DNA of 63,333 nt, the filler included, from Cercozoa sp. M6MM (Eukaryota > Protista > Endomyxa: Ascetosporea): assembly GCA_040357565.1 (NCBI GenBank). It is 12 parts of 12 records of this genome, joined end to end, with 100 filler letters (N's around TTAATTAATTAA, not from the genome) between each part and the next. Parts side by side here need not be neighbours in the genome. Positions count along the whole stretch, not along the records: positions 50,132 to 54,326 come from JBDODJ010001207.1; positions 54,427 to 60,261 come from JBDODJ010000840.1; positions 60,362 to 61,881 come from JBDODJ010002008.1; positions 61,982 to 63,333 come from JBDODJ010002051.1; 8 more parts are not named here. One strand, written 5' to 3'. Position numbers and translations under genes: made by a program. Under the pieces are notes generated by a model. It ran no database searches. It saw only the letters and a program-made list of their open reading frames with translations, and was not told the DNA's origin. Positions 53,101-63,333 of the stretch are shown here, piece after piece; within the stretch, counting starts at the first letter, position 1, and every line of letters begins with the position of its first letter.

Positions 53101-54326
53101 GGTAGTGCCTCCTAGTGCCCTTTACCCCCCGCCCTTGGTGGTCCCAATTGATCCCTGAGTGATCACGAACCGTCTCTTGACTCAGGTACGAGCGAGAGGC
53201 CTGGCGACCGATCAATCAGGCAGTGGGACGGTGTCTGCGACATCAGCGCGATCACGGCGCCGTTTTTCTCGTCGATTCGCGCTTCGCCGTGCCGCGCACT
53301 GTACCTACTTTCCTGGGGATAAAGAGTATGGGGGGTAAGGGTAAGTAGGGGGGTAAACAGGGGGGTATAACCGCGCGCAGAAGCAGCAGCTGTCGTCGTG
53401 GGCTTCGCGAAACCTGCGACTGCTGCCGAGTGGTGCAGCGGTCGAACAGGCCGGCGTCTTCTTCGAGCGCATGCGGCACCTGCCGGAACCGTCAGCAGTC
53501 TCAGTGTCCAAACCGTCAGTGACTCAGACTGAACCGTCAGTGACTCAGACTGAACCGTCAGAGTCGAAAAAACACGTGACACTGTCGCAGGTTGCTCGCA
53601 ACATTGCGCACCGCAAAAGCGAGCAGCAGCTCCGTCTCGCGCAGCAACTGCAGGTGCCTGTCGAGTCCTCCCTACTTTCTGGTCTCTCTCTTCTTTTGTT
53701 TGTATCTTTCCGCGCTGTCCAGGCGGACGAAGAGGCGCACGAACAAGGCGGTTTCGTGTTCGACAGCGACGAGGAGTTGCAGCCGAAATCGCCGCCGAGT
53801 ATAACATATTTGATGTGTAGATATATATATATATATATTATTTGTATATATAAAGTATATACAGAGATGTATATGTGTCTCAAGAACTGAGAATCGGACG
53901 TATAAATATAGAGATATATATCTATATCGATATTATATTATATATATACATATATATTATATATATTAATATGTTGCGACTGCTCAGAGAAGCAGGTGCT
54001 GATCTTTGATCCGCCGACTCCGGCGACGGCGATCAACGTGCGCGCCAACAGCGTAGTTTCTCGAAACTGAAGCTTTCTGTCTTTCTTTGTTTTTCTGTAT
54101 TTTGTTTGTTTCCTCTTTCTTTCTTTTTCTTTCAATGCCAGAGTGTTGCTTTGACCGCAGTTTAGTCAGAAGGCAGAGCTGCGTGTGTATTGTATGTGTG
54201 TATTGTGTGCAGAGTGCCATGCAAGATGACAGTTTCCTTCCCGACACGACCTTGGACGAGAGGAGCGACCAGCAGAGGGAGCAAGACGGAACGGAAGACA
54301 CGCAGAAGAAAGAGGAGAAAGAGCAG
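50170..54326 (+). CDS. XPD-family Fe-S helicase (FANCJ/RTEL1-like), C-terminal half
   Basis: [77 protein letters not shown]. Confidence 0.9.
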
Positions 54327-54436
54327 NNNNNNNNNNNNNNNNNNNNNNNNNNNNNNNNNNNNNNNNNNNNTTAATTAATTAANNNNNNNNNNNNNNNNNN
54401 NNNNNNNNNNNNNNNNNNNNNNNNNNGTGCTCCTAC

Positions 54437-54532
54437 CTTGATGTTGGGGCAATGCTTGGCCAGCACGGCCATCGTAGGGCCACCCACATAGCCGGCGCCA
54501 ATGCACGCGATCACGCACTCAAACTCACCCAT
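54437..54532 (-). CDS. UGDH: UDP-glucose 6-dehydrogenase, first exon
   Basis: MGEFECVIACIGAGYVGGPTMAVLAKHCPNIK followed by a GT donor. Confidence 0.9.
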
Positions 54533-54932
54533 GTCACGAGCTGTCAGCGTGTACCAAAACAAGAATCCGGCCAGAAAATGAGGGAAAAAACAACAGCAAA
54601 GCAATCAGAACTTGCATGGGATTGCGACAAACACTAGCCCAGAAAAGCCAAATGTACCCACAACCTGCTGCTTCAGCGGTGTCAGCTTGGTTGCCCAATT
54701 TGGCGAAGCCCGGGTTCTTTTTTTTTTGTCGAACCTGGCGCTCCGCAGACGTGACCAAGGTAGAAGGGCGGTTCTGGTGCAAGTTGGTACAAGTACAGAA
54801 ACAACAAGTTTGTTTATATCTACCTGTGTAGTGTACGCACTCTTTAGACAAGGCGCGTGTGTTTGCTTGCAATTTTGCATTAACTTGCGTTTTTTTTTGT
54901 TTTACAGAACAAATACAACGACATCAGACCAA

Positions 54933-55372
54933 ATGCCGGGAGAGTGTGTCTACAAGCTGGTGCTTCTGCGTCACGGTGAGTCGGAGTGGAACAAGGCGAA
55001 CAAGTTCACTGGCTGGACCGATGTCGGTCTGTCGGAGGTGGGCGTTGAGGAGGCGCATGCTGCCGCCGAGATGCTGAAGGAGGTAGAGTCGTTTTCATTG
55101 CCCAGACCAAGGAATGATGTATCTTGGTGGTGTCCAGGCCAACCTCGACGAGTTTGACGTGGTTTGCACGTCGCTGCTGGCGCGTGCGATTCGTACGGCC
55201 AACGTCGTGCTGTCGGACCTCGGTCTGGATTGGCTGCCCGTCGTGCGCAGCTGGCGCCTCAACGAGCGTCACTACGGTGCGCTGCAGGGCCTTGACAAGA
55301 AGGAGACTGCGCAGAAGCACGGGTGACACTCGTTGCTGTCTCCTTTATTAGTTAGGGTTATGTGTATGCGTT

Positions 55373-55419
<47 letters not shown>

Positions 55420-56047
55420 TGTGTTGTGTGTCTTGTCTGCAGCTCTGAGCAGGTCTTCGTGTGGCGCCGCAGCTACGACATTCCGCCGCCGGCCCTCGAG
55501 TTGGACGACGAGCGGTACAGTGTGTTCCTGTGAGAGAGAGGGGGCATCACACCACTCCACGCGTGTCTGTAGCCATCCTGCCAAGGATGCTCGGTACGCC
55601 CAGATGGCGCCGGAGCAGATCCCGGCCACCGAGTGTCTCAAGGACGTCGTCGAGCGCATGCTGCCGTTCTACTACGACAACATCGTGCCGCTGCTTCGTT
55701 CAGGTAGTACTCCCTTCAGCCCACCTACCTACCTCTCTTTTATCCTATATCCTGTCTCTGTATGGCACTCAGGCAAGCGTGTCCTGATCGCTGCGCACGG
55801 CAACTCGCTGCGCGCGCTCGTCAAGCACCTGGACAACGTGTCGGATGAGGAGATCCCGTCGCTCAACATTCCCACGGCTGTACCGCTGGTCTACGAGCTC
55901 GATGAGAACCTCCAGGGTACTACCGTTTTTTGGCACTATTTAAATTTGATGAGATGAACCACATGCACAGCTATCCGTCACTACTACCTCGGCGATGCCG
56001 AAGAGGCTGCCAAGAAGGCTCTCGCAGTCGCCAACCAGGCCAAGTAA
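54933..56047 (+). CDS. PGAM: 2,3-BPG-dependent phosphoglycerate mutase, 6 exons, complete
   Basis: [12 protein letters not shown]...[44 protein letters not shown]; five GT-AG introns. Confidence 0.97.
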
Positions 56048-56063
56048 CGTAGTTACCACGCTG

Positions 56064-56210
56064 ACTTCAAAAGGGGAGTTCGATGGCCCCACCCTAAGCG
56101 GGCGCTGAATTACGGCCATGCGCTTGTGACCCACCCCAGGACTGGTACGGTACAGGGAAACGAACATGGTTGGTTTCTTAGTAGACTGAACTAACTGACT
56201 AACTGACTGC
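56064..56210 (+). repeat. Dispersed structured repeat (SINE/LINE 3'-end-like) with (ACTA/ACTG)n tail
   Basis: Homologous to 7915-8050 (-), 12292-12341 (+), 34896-34970 (-) and the tail at 27741-27800 (+). Confidence 0.75.
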
Positions 56211-56385
56211 CAGCCAGCGCAGTCGAGCTCAAGTGTAACGCAACTGCGGTGACGGGAAGCCTCCCTGAACAGTCGGAGAGTTATCTTGATCCCGAAGTTT
56301 TGGAATTTGCCGTGAACGGAAACAAAAGGAAAAACAAACTGAAATGTAACTTGAAAACACGGCACGGTGACGGTGATCGGAGGAT

Positions 56386-57250
56386 TTAAGCGGACTTCTG
56401 AGCGGCGATTTCGGCCTGCTTCTGAGCGAGGAATCGCGCGGCCTTGCCAGCCTAGACAGGAGGGAACCAGAGAAGGTTAACAGAGAGGGCAGACAGGTGT
56501 CAGACAATACCGGCATGTACTTGGCGGCCTCGTGCATTTGCTTCTCGAGGATCCAGATGGTACCCTCGGCATTGCCGGGCATCGACTTGACCTCCTGGAG
56601 GTAGGCTGTGCACCCACACGATACTGTTAATCACGGACACACGACGAAACAGACTTACCCTCGGCCTGCTTGAGTTCCTCCTCGGCGTCAGCCACGGCCT
56701 TGGCAGCTGTATGGAGGTGCATAAGTAGGATAGGTAGGTAAGTAGGTGGTGTAGGTAGAAGGTGTGTCTCGTAGCATCTACCAACAGCAGCAGCCTGCTT
56801 GGCCTCCTCCGCGGCCTCAGCTGTGCCACAGAGCCAATGTAGATACACACATAATACTGACACGCTGACACCCTCAGAAAGCAGCACTGACAAATACCTG
56901 CGGCAGCAGCGGCAGCAGTGGCAATCTTGGTCACCTTCTGCTGACGCTTGAGAGCCGACTCCTGGACACGGGGGGGAGGGGGTAATGGCTCCCCGGGGGG
57001 GGGGGGGGCGGTAAAGTCTACCTGCGTGATCTTGGCACGACGCAGCGGCAGCGGGTCCTCGCTCTTCAACTACGCACACACCATTATATATATATATATC
57101 CCCATGCTCTCTTTACTCCCCGATCCCTTCAATCCCTACCTGGGCAAGCTCGGCCGCAGCACGGTTGCGCGACACAATGCCAATGTTCTACAAAGGCACA
57201 CGGAGAGAAGTAACACGCGTACGATTAAAAAAGGGAGGGAGAGGGAGGGG

Positions 57251-57285
<35 letters not shown>

Positions 57286-58643
57286 AAGAGAGAAAGAGAG
57301 TGAGAGAAAGAGAGAGAAAGAGAGTGAGAGTAAGAGAGTAAGAGATAGAGAGAGACTACGGAGTCAGTCGACTTGGCCGTCAAGGTTTCGATCTTGCCGT
57401 TGTAGGCATCCTCCTCGGCCCTACTCAGTTGGGTAGACATCAACACGACATGGAAGAGTACAGGTAGGTAGGTCCCAGTGTACTTGAGTGCATCGACAGC
57501 CTGCTGCACCTCGGCCTCGGCGGCCTGTGCCACATCTGCGGCCGCCTACAGACTCGTATTATTCCTCACTACACCCGCCTTAACCCGCCCCCCCCCCCTA
57601 CTTCAAAGCACCTTGGACTCGTTGGCCTTCTGCGTTGAGAACTCCTCGGCCTCCACGGCGGCGTCACTGTGCATACGTGTTTATTTAGCTCCCGTCCCCC
57701 ACCCCCATTACGCTCTATCGAAGGAAGCCTACCGAGCAGATGAAGCAGCCTGGAAGGCAGCCTGCACCTTCTTCAGCTTGGCCTCGGCCTCGGCCAGAGC
57801 CTCGCCGTTGTTGTTCTGCGGACGCGTCAGCTGCACTCACAGAGGGAATAACAAGAAACAACAGGGTAACAAGGGGTGATAGGGAGTTCAAGAAGGCACC
57901 AGAGTGGTGACGTCGAGGTCGTAACGGAACACGAGGAACTGCACACAATAAAGGTATAAACTGGGAGTCTAAAAATTACCTACGACAATGCACCTCAGTC
58001 AGAGCCATCTTGCCATTGAAGTCGAGGTCGATATCGCGCAGCCTAAGGTTAAAGTGGTAGAGAAAAATACAAGGAATACAGGAGGGCAGGCTACTTGTTA
58101 CGCAACGCCAACACAGTGATGGCACCGTCGGTCAACTCCAAGAAGCGGTGCGACTCAAACTCATCCAGCTCCTGCGAGATGCAGATAAACATCAAGCACA
58201 GATGGGCAAACTAGCTAGTCTGTGTGTCTGTGCGAGAGATTTGGGTACGTTGCCATCCTCGCCGGCATCGTCGAGTTCGACGAACTTGCTCGCGTACTCG
58301 TAGACCTGTGTGCACAGACAACGTTGCACAATCATATATTTTTGAATCGTTCAAGCAGGTAGCCAACCTGCTCAGCTTCGTCGGACAGGCCTAATCAAAT
58401 GTGAACCACATTTAGCAATAAAAAGGAAACGTGCCCGCCAAGAACATCACAGGGAACTTGATTCTATCAAAGAATGCGGTACCGTCATTCCAGAAGGCGT
58501 TCAACACGAACTTTGCTTGGTCGCTGCATACCGAACAATATCAGCCGGAAACAGTGTTTGACAGCCGGAAACAAGCCGTACAAGTGGTTCTTTGACACCA
58601 AAGTGGCAAAAGAATCCTTCAGTTCGTCAGTCAGCTTGGCCAT
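56386..58643 (-). CDS. Calcium-regulated actin-bundling protein (Dictyostelium ABP34-like, EF-hand), complete
   Basis: DQAKFVLNAFW, ELDEFESHRFLE, LRDIDLDFNGKMAL, Ala/Glu/Lys coiled coil, SEDPLPLRRAKITQ. Confidence 0.85.
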
Positions 58644-58943
58644 TTGTCTGCAAAAAAAGCAACAAAATGCAAAAGGACACGAGAACCATTAAAGCATCCA
58701 GCGCACTCGATAACGTGCAACATACTGTTATCGCCTACAAACTGTGTCTAGCTACTTTAGTATCACCGCAATACACGACGTCACAGATCACGAAAAGACT
58801 ATCAATGCACGCGATCAGGCAAACTGGACTGTCCGTTTGTACAAAAAATGAAACTACTGTACTACACGGACGGTACTTAATATCGACAAAAAATGAAAGA
58901 ACGTAAACAGCAAACTGTTGCGACGTCGGATTAGAATTATTCC

Positions 58944-59315
58944 CTATTCCTCCTCCGAGTCGGCAAAGTCCTCGGGCTCCGAGAGGCACTCGGCGTCGTT
59001 GAGTTCGAACTCGCACGTCACGTGCGCGAATGACTCGTCGGCGAGCCGTCCCTGCAGAGATGGATTCCCAAGCAATAACCTGAACACAGTGAAGAAAGCA
59101 TGGGATCGATGAACGGCCCACCTGAAGAGCCGCCATGGCGTCGTCGGAGAAGTAGTTCTCGTCAAGTGCGAGCGTCTGCAGCGACTCGCGGAACGTCTCC
59201 ATCGCACGCAGCAGCGACGGCACGCACGCGGCGCCGAGTTCGCACTGCTGCAGGCGCAGCGTCTGCACAGCACAAGATAGAGAAAGAGAGGGTATGCATA
59301 CCACCCATCCAGTAG

Positions 59316-59366
<51 letters not shown>

Positions 59367-60215
59367 ACCTTGATGTGCTTGTGCTGACGGAGGGCACGGA
59401 AGATGACCTTGCCGCCGAGCGAGCGCAGTTCGTTTTCGTCGAGCGAGACTTCCTCCAGTGCCTCTAGTTGCGCCAGCACCTGCGTCAAAGCACGCGTATT
59501 GCCGCAGGTGGGATGAGACACGATGAGACAGCTAACAGGTACCTGGAAGCACGAGACGTCGGCCTCGTCCTCGATGCAGATATCGTTGGCACTCAGCACC
59601 AGGTGCTTCAGCGTCTTACTCCTGTTGGCAGGCAGCATCAAGACATACAAAGTATACACAAACAGAGAGGGCAAAACAACAATGTCAGTGAACGCACAGA
59701 GCCTCGGCCTGCTCACCGATGCCGTTGAGAATGTTGGAGACGCCTTCATTGCCCAAAAAGGTGGCCTGTGCAGTTTGGACAAGGTACGGACTCCCTGACA
59801 CAAGGCAAAGGGAAGGCGCAAGTCAACATTGACGCACGTACCTCCAGGTTCACCGTACACAGATGCGGCTGCTTGGACAGCACCTCGCGCAGCAACTCAG
59901 CCGTGTCGTTCTCGAGGACGTTGTCCGACAGGTCGATCGACGTGAGCGACGTCGTGCCCGACTCGAGCAGTGCATTGGCCAGTGCCTTCACCACACGGAT
60001 CTCTCTCTCTCTCTCCCTTAAGGGGTTCACAAACAGAGAAGTTAGAAGGCCTCAGATACCATGGCACCCTCGACCTTGACGCGAGTGGCCGAGAAACGCA
60101 GCTGCTCAAGGTTGGGCGCGAGCTTCACGATACGTGCCACGCCCTTGGCGCCGCCGCACTCCATCAGGTTGTTCCACACGAGCACCGACTTGAGGTTCGG
60201 CAGCTGCACTCGTAT
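58944..60215 (-). CDS. RANGAP1: Ran GTPase-activating protein (LRR plus acidic tail), 5'-truncated
   Basis: NNLMECGGA...LRFSATRV, LTSIDLSDN, LVLSANDI, VSLDENEL, LALDENYFS, acidic end ...DFADSEEE*. Confidence 0.75.
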
Positions 60216-60217
60216 CA

Positions 60218-60261
<44 letters not shown>

Positions 60262-60361
60262 NNNNNNNNNNNNNNNNNNNNNNNNNNNNNNNNNNNNNNN
60301 NNNNNTTAATTAATTAANNNNNNNNNNNNNNNNNNNNNNNNNNNNNNNNNNNNNNNNNNNN

Positions 60362-61696
60362 CGTCGCATTCCGATCACGGACGAGCAGGCGCCGCTGCCT
60401 AAGGTTTTACCCCTACCTACTTACCCCCTACATCCTTACCCTCGACCGACTTACGTCCCTACCTACTTACCCCCCCCCCAGGCGGTAGACGCGATCGTGC
60501 GCGAGTTGGAACGCGCAGCGGCGGCGTTTTTCACGGCGCGCGACATGGCGCGTCGCGACGGTCATCCGTAGTTTTACCCCCCTAGTCACGTGCATACCTT
60601 CCTTACCCCTCCTTCCCACCTACCTACCTTCCTTACCCCCTTACCCCTTACCCCGTACCCCTTACTCCTTACTCCTTACTCCTTTCTCCCAGGGAGCCGC
60701 GTTTCGTGATAGCGGCCAACTGTACCCCCTTACCCCCTCATACCTCCCAAGCGTATGGTACCACGGACGCACTTGAAGTCGCCGCGCAACAGATGCGCGA
60801 ATTCGCCCGTATGCTCGCGCGGCGTCATCTTCGCAGAGTACAGGGTAAAGGGGGGTAAAGAGGAACATGGGGGGAGGGGGTAAACTCGGGTAAGACACTA
60901 CCACAGGCGGCGTCACCAGTCGCTGCCGAATCTGCCACATGGAGGCCAGCAACATGCCCGTCGTGGTGCGACCGCGACCCATCTGACAAGGGTGTAAGAA
61001 GGTGGGTAAGAGGGGGGTAAATGTGCGCAGATCTGCTGCGTCTGCTGCCGCGCGGCAATGAGGCGAAACACCAAATCGACGCGCTTATCGACAGCTGTGC
61101 ACACATGCAGGTTTTACCCCCCTGTTTTACCCCCCCCCCCNNNNNNNNNNNNNNNNNNNNNNNNNNNNNNNNNNNNNNNNNNNNNNNNNNNNNNNNNNNN
61201 NNNNNNNNNNNNNNNNNNNNNNNNNNNNNNNNNNNNNNNNCCCCCCCCCCCCCCCCGGCAGAATCTCCGCGAGGCGATTACGGAGATGCACACGCGTTCG
61301 GTTACGGCGATCAAACCGTCGGTAACTTTGCCCCCCCCTACTCCCCTTTACACCCCTGTGTAGGTACGCGAGAGTATGCGCAAGCGTGCAGTGGGCTACC
61401 TGCAGCGCTACTGTTTCCTGGTCGGTTTCGCGGCCTACGTGTGCGCTGACGATGTGCTCCCGGAACAGACGCTATCGAAGGGTACCTAGCTTTACCTTTA
61501 CCCTCTCTCACCCTTACTGCCCTATCCCTGTAGGTCTCGGTGTCGAACACGACGGCCGTGTACGTCGCGTGCAGAAGGTATCTTACCCCGCCCCCTCTCC
61601 CCATTGAGACACGCAAGTGTGTAGGGCTTTGCCGAGTGGATCGACGAGCGGCGTGCCGTGCAGCACGTGTTCCACGCCATCCACGCCGTCGAGTAG
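60362..61696 (+). CDS. Paladin-like PTP-fold phosphatase, C-terminal repeat; two internal exons inverted
   Basis: RIPITDEQAP, AAN|CQMGRGRTTTGM (second part on - strand), IDSCAHMQNLREAI, YLQRYCFLVGFAAY, FAEWIDER. Confidence 0.85.
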
Positions 61697-61981
61697 TTCG
61701 ATTGCAATCCACAGAAAGCAGTCTTGGCTGCGCTTAAGCGTACCGAGAACAAAGGTTTTTAATTACGGCGTAATTACTGAGAAATTGCTGTGCTTTTACG
61801 TTGGGTTTACAGAGTTTTTACTCTGTAGTTTTGCTGTAGTTTCAATAAAAAAACGTATTGTTTATACTCGTCTTCGTTTTCNNNNNNNNNNNNNNNNNNN
61901 NNNNNNNNNNNNNNNNNNNNNNNNNTTAATTAATTAANNNNNNNNNNNNNNNNNNNNNNNNNNNNNNNNNNNNNNNNNNNN

Positions 61982-63333
61982 AAACCTACGACATGCTTGG
62001 TGAGACGCGCGTAGTTGAACTCCTTCACGGCCACGTCGGCGGTGCGCCACTGCATTTATACCCCCCTTTTTACCCCCCTATACCCCCCTATTTACCCCCC
62101 CCCCCTTTTACCAGAGCGTGCGAAACGACGGCCGAACGACCTTGTCCGATGCGCGGTTTCACGACGATCAGATCGTCAAAGTCGATGTCTTCCTCCTCTG
62201 TCCACGGTGAGGGGGGGGGGGGTAAATAGGGGGGTAAAAAGGGGGGGTAAATAAGGGAGTAAATAGAAAGATAAAAAGGGGTAAATACAAAGATAAAAAA
62301 GGGGGTAAATAAGGAATAAATAGAAAGATAAAAGAGGGGTAAAATGGGGGTAAATAGGGGGGGTAAACAGGGGGGGTTAGATGGGGTAAATAGGGAGGTA
62401 GAGGAGAGGGGGGTAAACAGGGGGGTAAAACTACCCCGACCAGCCAGCGGGTTGTGTGCGCAGCGCGTCAGCATTTCCCAGACACAGACGGCGAAGGAGA
62501 AGACGTCGATCTTGCTGTCGTAGCCACTGTCCGGAGGGTCGAACACCTCCGGTGCCACCCCTAGGGAGGGGGGTAAAGGGGGGGTAGGGGGGTAGGGGGG
62601 GGGGTAAACCTACAGCCAGAGGTGCCGCACTCCGTGAAAGCACCTTGCGCTTNNNNNNNNNNAAACCTACGACATGCTTGGTGAGACGCGCGTAGTTGAA
62701 CTCCTTCACGGCCACGTCGGCGGTGCGCCACTGCATTTATACCCCCCTTTTTACCCCCCTATACCCCCCTATTTACCCCCCCCCCCTTTTACCAGAGCGT
62801 GCGAAACGACGGCCGAACGACCTTGTCCGATGCGCGGTTTCACGACGATCAGATCGTCAAAGTCGATGTCTTCCTCCTCTGTCCACGGTGAGGGGGGGGG
62901 GGGTAAATAGGGGGGTAAAAAGGGGGGGTAAATAAGGGAGTAAATAGAAAGATAAAAAGGGGTAAATACAAAGATAAAAAAGGGGGTAAATAAGGAATAA
63001 ATAGAAAGATAAAAGAGGGGTAAAATGGGGGTAAATAGGGGGGGTAAACAGGGGGGGTTAGATGGGGTAAATAGGGAGGTAGAGGAGAGGGGGGTAAACA
63101 GGGGGGTAAAACTACCCCGACCAGCCAGCGGGTTGTGTGCGCAGCGCGTCAGCATTTCCCAGACACAGACGGCGAAGGAGAAGACGTCGATCTTGCTGTC
63201 GTAGCCACTGTCCGGAGGGTCGAACACCTCCGGTGCCACCCCTAGGGAGGGGGGTAAAGGGGGGGTAGGGGGGTAGGGGGGGGGGTAAACCTACAGCCAG
63301 AGGTGCCGCACTCCGTGAAAGCACCTTGCGCTT
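61982..63333 (-). CDS. Protein kinase (TKL-like) fragment, present twice in tandem across a 10-N gap
   Basis: IGQGRSAVV, VAVKEF, APEVF, DVFSFAVCVWEMLT; 61982-62652 appears identical to 62663-63333. Confidence 0.75.

Noticed and set aside
54933-56047. Non-canonical introns or an alternative genetic code
   Set aside because: PGAM, CDKAL1 and ERG24 splice entirely with GT-AG and translate with the standard code.
56114-56171. Hammerhead ribozyme in the dispersed repeat (CTTGTGA...GGGAAAC)
   Set aside because: The core deviates from CUGANGA, and no stem III/NUH site can be formed.
60902-61030. Sense/antisense trans-splicing as the explanation for the inverted paladin exons
   Set aside because: As assembled, the minus-strand exon has no in-frame AG acceptor (CCCTT|GTCAG), so DNA inversion fits better.

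Overview
Eukaryotic nuclear DNA, probably from a protist; the taxon cannot be determined from the sequence. The window is 12 unlinked contigs/scaffolds joined by artificial N-TTAATTAATTAA-N spacers, so adjacency across spacers is meaningless. It is gene-dense and very intron-rich: mostly 40-100 nt GT-AG introns with weak 5' consensus, often filled with microsatellites or TTACCCC/GGGGTAA repeats. The standard genetic code fits. Recognisable genes: delta14-sterol reductase, TAF5-like, CSN6, a TPR protein, SURF2, histidine acid phosphatase, two class C GPCR-like receptors, a RhoGEF/coiled-coil protein, SPT6, a PH-RGS-FHA protein, M13 peptidase, CDKAL1, CTF8, a FANCJ/RTEL1-type helicase, UGDH, PGAM, an ABP34-like actin-bundling protein, RanGAP, a paladin-like phosphatase and a kinase fragment. 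Mobile DNA: a 534-bp solo-LTR family (3 copies), a ~160-bp TG..CA element, a LINE RNase H fragment and a dispersed structured 3'-end repeat (5 copies). The most striking observation is that two exons carrying the catalytic CX5R loop of the paladin-like gene lie on the opposite strand, and one exact inversion (60752-60987) restores an in-frame gene. Exon boundaries were read by eye and no searches were run.
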